Made by a program: the position numbers and the translations under genes. Under the pieces are notes generated by a model that did no database searches, was not told the DNA's origin, and saw nothing but the letters and a program-made list of their open reading frames with translations. Shown one piece after another: positions 46,027 through 46,967 of a stretch of DNA of 46,967 nucleotides; positions within the stretch are counted from its first letter, which is position 1; each line of letters begins with the position of its first letter. This stretch comes from a virus (Duplodnaviria; Caudoviricetes): IMG/VR virus record IMGVR_UViG_3300014050_002573, positions 1 to 46,967 of that record, one strand, 5' to 3'.

Positions 46027-46967
46027 TCAGTCCTTCAGGACGCCAGCAAGCTTCGCCCAGCGTGCTTCGTTGATGCCCGCACCGTAGTGCAGGTGGTCGT
46101 ACTCTGAGTAGGGACCGCCCATCCCGGTCAAGCCGGAGGGGTGCTCTGGGAACTCCTCACGGCGACGCAGCAGTGACTTCGCAGGACTGTCGCCCTTGAA
46201 GCCTGCCGTGTGGACGAGGCCGCCGCGTGGATGCTCACCCTTGGGCAGGTCGCCGTAGGGATCCTCGGGATCGCCCATCTCGGTGCCTTCGGGCTCGTCC
46301 TCGTAGTCGTAGTCGTAGTCGCCCCCGTCTCCCTCCTCGAGGTACCAGTCACCGCCGTCGTCGTAGTCGTCACCGCCCTCGGTGTCGTCGTCGCCGTAGT
46401 CGCTCAGCCCCTCTTCCCTGTCAAGGCTGCGCTCGGTGTCCCTGATGTCCTTGCGATGTGCCTCGGCGTCCGCGAAGGCGTCGGAATCGATCTCGTCTGC
46501 GAGGATGTCCTCGAGCATGCTGTGCCATGCATCTGCTTCGTCTTCGGGTAGCGCGTCGATGATTTCATCGTCGAGGTTGAAGGTGATGTCCTCGGATGTC
46601 ACCTCAGCACCTGTCTCTTCTGCGCGCTTGACGACAGCGTTGATCACCTTGAAGACAGCCTCGTCGTCCACGCCGTGGGTGGCGAGGAAGCGACCCAGCT
46701 TCTTGCGGGGTGACACGTGGTGCCCCCCGCCCTCGTCGAGACCGGGCTTCTTCCAGCCAGCAGACGAGGGATCGTACTCGTAGCCCATCTCCAGAGCTTC
46801 ATCGTCACCGAAGGGATCTGGGTCGCCGTAGTAGTCGTCATCCCCGCCCTCGTCGTCCCAGTCTTCCTCTTCAGGCTCGTCCTCGAATCCTGCTGCCATC
46901 CGCATCTGGTGGCCACCTGGGACGCGCTCGTGTGTGCCCTTCTTCGACTCTGCGAGGATGCGGGCGC
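46027..46967 (-). CDS. Very acidic, low-complexity protein; 5' end probably lies outside the window
   Basis: Frame stays open upstream of 46905 (ARILAESKKGTHERVPGGHQ-M); D/E/G/Y-rich; ends INEARWAKLAGVLKD. Confidence 0.75.
   Translation of the reverse strand, partial: ARILAESKKGTHERVPGGHQMRMAAGFEDEPEEEDWDDEGGDDDYYGDPDPFGDDEALEMGYEYDPSSAGWKKPGLDEGGGHHVSPRKKLGRFLATHGVDDEAVFKVINAVVKRAEETGAEVTSEDITFNLDDEIIDALPEDEADAWHSMLEDILADEIDSDAFADAEAHRKDIRDTERSLDREEGLSDYGDDDTEGGDDYDDGGDWYLEEGDGGDYDYDYEDEPEGTEMGDPEDPYGDLPKGEHPRGGLVHTAGFKGDSPAKSLLRRREEFPEHPSGLTGMGGPYSEYDHLHYGAGINEARWAKLAGVLKD

Noticed and set aside
1-46967. CRISPR array, tRNA or rRNA genes
   Set aside because: No regularly spaced repeats, cloverleaf or rRNA-like sequence seen by eye; the Cas4-like nuclease has no cas neighbours. 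A tRNAscan/Infernal run would be needed to be sure
1-46967. Stop-codon reassignment as seen in some large phages
   Set aside because: The standard code gives full-length, tightly packed genes ending in TAA, TAG and TGA

Overview
This window looks like part of a large (jumbo-type) tailed dsDNA phage genome. It is densely coded, almost all on the minus strand, and has no cellular housekeeping operon. From left to right: (i) the 5' part of a PD-(D/E)XK nuclease; (ii) a 27-gene, ~22 kb cluster of soluble sugar-nucleotide enzymes and glycosyltransferases (Ugd-like, Gmd/Fcl, WecB-NeuB-NeuA plus a sialyltransferase-like GT, RfbB-FdtA-FdtB-like, two GT11, several GT2, methyltransferases) with no flippase, polymerase or initiating transferase; (iii) a Flp pilin next to PA14 and LamG lectin genes and three Ser/Thr/Gly-rich fibre genes; (iv) PIN-PhoH, a stand-alone sigma-70 region 4 protein, an Hc1-like histone protein, a degenerate GroEL-like protein and a GIY-YIG/NUMOD3 homing endonuclease; (v) a complete YeaH-SpoVR-PrkA module; (vi) a run of unrelated proteins sharing an N-terminal M[RK][IV]T..Q[LI]RQIIREE...L-x-E leader, one of them an ADP-ribosyltransferase-like protein. 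Non-coding signals include a ten-copy ATAN(T/G)TA upstream motif, hairpins that hold a promoter in the loop and sometimes cover the start codon, a duplicated ~80 bp A-tract element and a G-run-rich intergenic region. All calls come from motif recognition by eye; no database search was run.
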